Source: Felis catus
Lineage: Eukaryota
Assembly (NCBI RefSeq): GCF_018350175.1
Contig: NC_058368.1
Location: 149,360,001 to 149,424,000 of the forward strand
Length of the DNA stretch: 64,000 bases
Direction of reading: 5' to 3'
In this document: positions 62,078-64,000 of the stretch, in pieces
Layout: every line of letters starts with the position of its first letter
Numbering within the stretch: the stretch's first letter is position 1
Notes under the pieces: generated by a model
Seen by the model: the letters and a program-made list of their open reading frames with translations, nothing else
What the model was told of the DNA's origin: nothing
Databases searched by the model: none
Position numbers and translations under genes: made by a program

Positions 62078-62296
62078 TTTTTTCCCCAAGTTTATTTATT
62101 TATTTTGAGAGACCTAGAGAGAGAGCACAAACAGGGTAGGGGCAGAGAGAGAGGGAGAGACAATCCCAATCCCAAGCAGTCCTCACACTGTCAGCACAGA
62201 GCTCCATGCAGGGTTTAAACCCACAAACCCTGAGATTATAACCTGAGCCAAAATCATGAGTTGGATGCTTAATTCACTGACCCACGCAGGCGCGTC
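62078..62296 (-). mobile_element. Feline Can-SINE (Fc2-like)
   Basis: 'aatcccaagcagtcctcacactgtcagcacagagc...acctgagccaaaatcatgagttggatgcttaa'. Confidence 0.92.
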
Positions 62297-63035
62297 TCCA
62301 CTGGAGTTTTTTTTATTTTTAGTTTTATCTTGGTTATTCTTACATGTTTGTTTTCATTATGGATTTTAATATAAACTTCTCTAACTCTAAATAAAGGTTG
62401 TTGGCATTTTTATTGTGATTTTGCATAATTTATAAATTAGGGAGAATGGTCTGCTTTAGGACATTGAGTCTTGATCTTGATATTCAAGAACAAATTGTCT
62501 TTTCCTTTGTTCAAGTCTGATTTTTGGTTTTTCAGAAGAATTTTAAAATTGTACTTGTATGTACATTTCTTGTTGAGTTTATTTCTAGGTATTTAATCTT
62601 TTTTACTATTATAAATGGGGTTTTCTCTCCCATAATGTCCTCTAACTGGATATTGTTTTGAACATTTTTATCAGTACTTTCCATATATTATTTAATCCCC
62701 ACAGCTAATATACGAAGTACTTGTCAAAGTCACACAGCTAATAGTAGATGACAAGACAATGGTTTTAAAGCAGGCATTCAGATTTCAGTGTACTACACTT
62801 TGTACTTCCCACTAATGATTTGTTCAGGAGTTAATTATCTAAAATCCATGGGCAAAAATCCAATATAATTTCAAAGCTCAAAGAGACTCCCAAAAACAAA
62901 GGGTCAAATCTTCTGCAAGTTTTATCGGAAGAATTTTGACAATATCTAGCAATTTAACCTCAAAGGAGAGGGGATAACATAAGCAGATAGAACATCAGTT
63001 TGTTTTTGCATGAGGAGAAATCAAGAATTAATACA

Positions 63036-63263
63036 GGGGCGCCTGGCTGGCTCAGTCAGTTGAGCATCTGACTAGGGCTCAGGTCGTAATCTCACAGTTC
63101 ATGGGTTCAAGCCCCATGTTGGCCTCTGTGATGACAGCTCAGAGCCTGGAGCCTGCTTCGGATTCTGTGTCTCCCTTCCCTCTTTCTCTGTCTCTCCACT
63201 GCTTGTGCTCTCTCTCTCTCACTCTCTCATAAATAAATACATAAACAAATTAAAAAATTTAAA
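63036..63263 (+). mobile_element. Feline Can-SINE (SINEC_Fc)
   Basis: Full body; 13-bp TSD aagaattaataca at 63023-63035 and 63264-63276. Confidence 0.97.
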
Positions 63264-63299
63264 AAGAATTAATACACCTCAGCTTCTATCTCCAGCTCT

Positions 63300-63303
63300 A
63301 AAA

Positions 63304-63383
<80 letters not shown>

Positions 63384-63390
63384 AAAAGAA
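63300..63390. repeat. (GAAA)n tetranucleotide microsatellite, about 20 units
   Basis: Long perfect gaaa run. Confidence 0.98.
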
Positions 63391-64000
63391 GTTCACAGAA
63401 TAAAGACCTCAATTGTCTGGTCATGGGGGAACACAGCGCATTTTTCAATCGGATACATTTCCCAGGTGCTGCTTAATCTTAGGAAAATAGAGGTTAGGAG
63501 AAAAGCAGGAACACCCTGAAACCTGGAGGGTTCAGAGCTGGTTCTTGGAAGAAGAGGTATCAATAAAAGGGTGTTTGTCCCAATGTCCCAGGGACATTGA
63601 GCAGCAGTCCTGTGTTGAGCACTCTACATAGGGCACATGAGCCAGAGCTATGACTGTGAAAATGGCAGACAGCTGCACAGTGGCCATGGCAGCAAAGAAA
63701 TGACAGTGATCTTAGTAATGGAAGAAAAGTCCAAGTGAGGCATAGCACACTCGGATACCACCATCTCATCCCATTCTGTTGATCAAGGAAAACCTAGAAG
63801 AGCTTGGCAGTGACTCCAGGAGAGACAGCGACATGTGAGGCAGCAAGGAAAGTCTCTACGGAGCAAACTTGGCTTCCAGAATTCACACTAGGGGAGGCCT
63901 GGCTAGACATCACTGTTTTTGTTGCTCTTAGGTTCTTTTTTCTTTCTCAGTCTGATAGCCTATAGAGATCTGTTCAAGAATTTGGGTGGGATTACTATTC

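Larger units (their letters stand above)
58540..62660 (-). mobile_element. Old L1 (L1MC4/5-like) 3' ~4 kb with younger insertions
   Basis: 3'UTR phrases 'gaaataatttcagacttac...acttttgaagaatacctgccagttatttgtaaaatgtccctcaat...gtttgactacttggttaagatagtgtctaccagg' followed by degenerate antisense ORF2. Confidence 0.8.

Noticed and set aside
274..63769. Short ORFs in the six-frame track as protein-coding genes
   Set aside because: All are 128 aa or shorter and many use non-ATG starts. They translate SINE, microsatellite or AT-rich sequence, with no recognisable host domain or consistent exon chain.

Overview
AT-rich mammalian nuclear DNA from a felid, most likely the domestic cat or a close relative. 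The assignment rests on about 27 feline-type tRNA-derived Can-SINE copies and on felid/carnivore LINE-1 fragments. I recognise no protein-coding gene, RNA gene, CpG island or prokaryote-type system, so the window reads as intergenic or deep intronic DNA. The ORFs in the supplied track are short chance ORFs or translations of SINE, L1 and microsatellite sequence. Only the L1 ORF2 C-terminal remnants (53948-54438, 57885-58250) and degraded L1 ORF1-like remnants (about 47020-47800 and 56300-57290) resemble real proteins. Older eutherian repeats (MIR, L2, MER3/5/58/63, MLT1, LTR16, a Gypsy-like LTR, L1MC/ME) fill much of the rest. Repeat family names come from my recollection of consensus sequences, not from a search. 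I found no previously undescribed biological system. The most interesting observations are mechanistic footprints readable in the sequence: (1) an L1 3' transduction of about 227 bp inside a perfect 19-bp TSD; (2) a second, shorter candidate transduction; (3) a 239-bp micro-inversion that separated a SINE body from its tail via an 8-bp inverted repeat; (4) a solo poly(A) insertion with a perfect 16-bp TSD; (5) an MLT1 LTR whose deleted interior reappears inverted near its terminus; (6) nested insertions; (7) a microsatellite born in one TSD copy; (8) a palindromic 17-bp minisatellite; (9) weak candidate non-coding exons and enhancer-like, repeat-free blocks.
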